Shown: positions 62,641 through 64,000 of the stretch, one piece after another
Position numbering within the stretch: position 1 is the first letter of the stretch
How the letters are laid out: every line of letters starts with the position of its first letter
Assembly: GCA_973895155.1 (NCBI GenBank)
Contig: OZ316893.1
Location: forward strand, 7,464,963-7,528,962
DNA length: 64,000 bases
Source: Marsupella aquatica
Lineage: Eukaryota > Plantae > Marchantiophyta
Reading direction: 5' to 3'
Translations under genes and position numbers: made by a program
The notes under the pieces: model-generated
The model's database searches: none
Told to the model about the DNA's origin: nothing
What the model saw: only the letters and a program-made list of their open reading frames with translations

Positions 62641-64000
62641 CAGACTTTTGGTTTTTTATCAGTGTATGCACCGAATAATACTGGGGAACGGACCTTGCTG
62701 TGGAATGATCTTCGGGATGAACTCCCTTGCAACCGTTGGGTTGTTTGTGGGGATTTCAACATGACAGAATTTTGCTGTGACTCCACGGGCGTTTCACCTC
62801 TACTCGCTGGACGGGAATTAGAGTTTTGGAGGTTTCTGAAGACCTGCCTCGACTTACAAGATGCAATTACCATTCTGAACGAGGTGACAGGTTCCAGGTT
62901 CACTTGGCGTAGGGTGCGCAATGGTATACTTCTTCAGTCCCGCCTTGATCGGTTTTACTTCAGTGAGAAAGGCAGATGGACTGACGAGATTGTTGATCTC
63001 ACTCATGACGGGACTTCTGCACTGTCTGACCATGATCCAGTGATTATTTCTTTCCGAATGGGTTCCATTGCATTGGTTGAATCACAAAGGCGACGAGGCA
63101 CATACTTTAAGGCTAATCCGACTGTGCTCAGGGACTCCGCAAATCTGGAACGACTTAAATTGGCATGGACAGACGGAACTGAGGATGTTGTTGACCCCCA
63201 CCTGAAATTAGATCGGGCCTTCCATAGGTTTCGTGTCTGCTTCATGGATCTTCAGTCCTTGAAACGACCTCAAGTGGTCGAATTGGCTGAACTTAAAGAA
63301 AAGCTACGACTTCTTAAGATTTCCATCATGGATGACTACTCTATAGACAGCATCAGGGATTTCTCCTATCCCGAAGACTGTGTTCGGACGTTGGAGCTAG
63401 CGGAGGCACATCACAACCGCAGGCTCTCCCGGATTAAATGGCTTGGCCAAGGGGACGAGCCTTCTAAGTTTTATTTCTCCTTAGTGAAAGCTAAATGTCA
63501 GAGGGAGAAAATGGAGGTGCTACTAATAGAAGGCGGTGAGATGATTCTGGAGGAAACACTAATTGTAGAGGAAGTGCAGAGACACTACGAGGAATTATAT
63601 TCTCCACCTGAGATGAGTGCAGCACTCGTGAGCGAGAGGATTGCTGCCCGCAGGAGACTGAGCAGCCACACTCATTTTGCCCCTTCTGCGGTTGAGATCC
63701 GGAAACTTGCAGCTCTTCCATCCATACAGGAATTACATGAAACATTGATGCTGCTGCCCGCTGACAAAGCCCCAGGAGTGGACGGGTTGACAGCCGAGGT
63801 TTTCAAGTGCTGTTGGGAATTTATGAAGGTTGATATTCATAATATGGTCTGTGAGTTTTGGCAGACTGGAGAACTGGCACATTGCATCAAAGAAGGGGTG
63901 ATTCGATTCATCCCCAAGAAAACTGACAAGAGGAAACTGAGCGATTGGCGACCTTTAACTATGCTGACCACTATGTACAAAATCTTGGCTAAACTGCTGG
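62641..64000 (+). mobile_element. 5'-truncated L1/Tx1-like LINE ORF2 (APE endonuclease and start of RT), running off the window
   Basis: Manual translation: SVYAPN, WVVCGDFN, FTW, SRLDRFY, SDHDPV, KWLGQGD, KAPGVDG, IPKK, WRPLTML. Confidence 0.93.

Overview
Eukaryotic, almost certainly land-plant DNA (GT-AG introns, plant tRNA-Asn-type primer-binding site, CACTA ends, PMD-like ORFs). A non-seed plant such as a liverwort is plausible but inferred. The window is a deep transposon nest with no clearly intact host gene. Main result: a Mutator-like (MULE) family in three copies (A 22173-44855, nested and deleted; B 31091-41682, complete with TSD; C 49936-~57270, inverted) plus a 337-bp derivative. 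Besides a GCM-like/DDE/SWIM transposase, it carries a divergent spliced gene fusing an N-terminal ParB/Srx-like domain (VFDGNHR) to a C-terminal beta-class N6A/N4C DNA-methyltransferase-like domain with a consistently altered catalytic motif (YLPT for DPPY). More than 30 copies of a 15-bp palindrome, TAGCGCC-N-GGCGCTA, lie in its introns, intergenic and subterminal DNA, suggesting a ParB/parS-like self-recognition or anti-silencing system. Second result: giant 4.0-4.8-kb LTRs (two TSD-flanked solo LTRs and one followed by PBS and a gag-like start) each contain a ~900-1200-codon PMD-like/coiled-coil ORF. Also present: two truncated Sola-like (DUF7869-type) transposases, a second palindrome array, MITEs, CACTA ends, a frameshifted PD-(D/E)xK Crinkler-like gene and a 5'-truncated L1-like LINE. 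All family assignments come from motif recognition by eye, not database searches.
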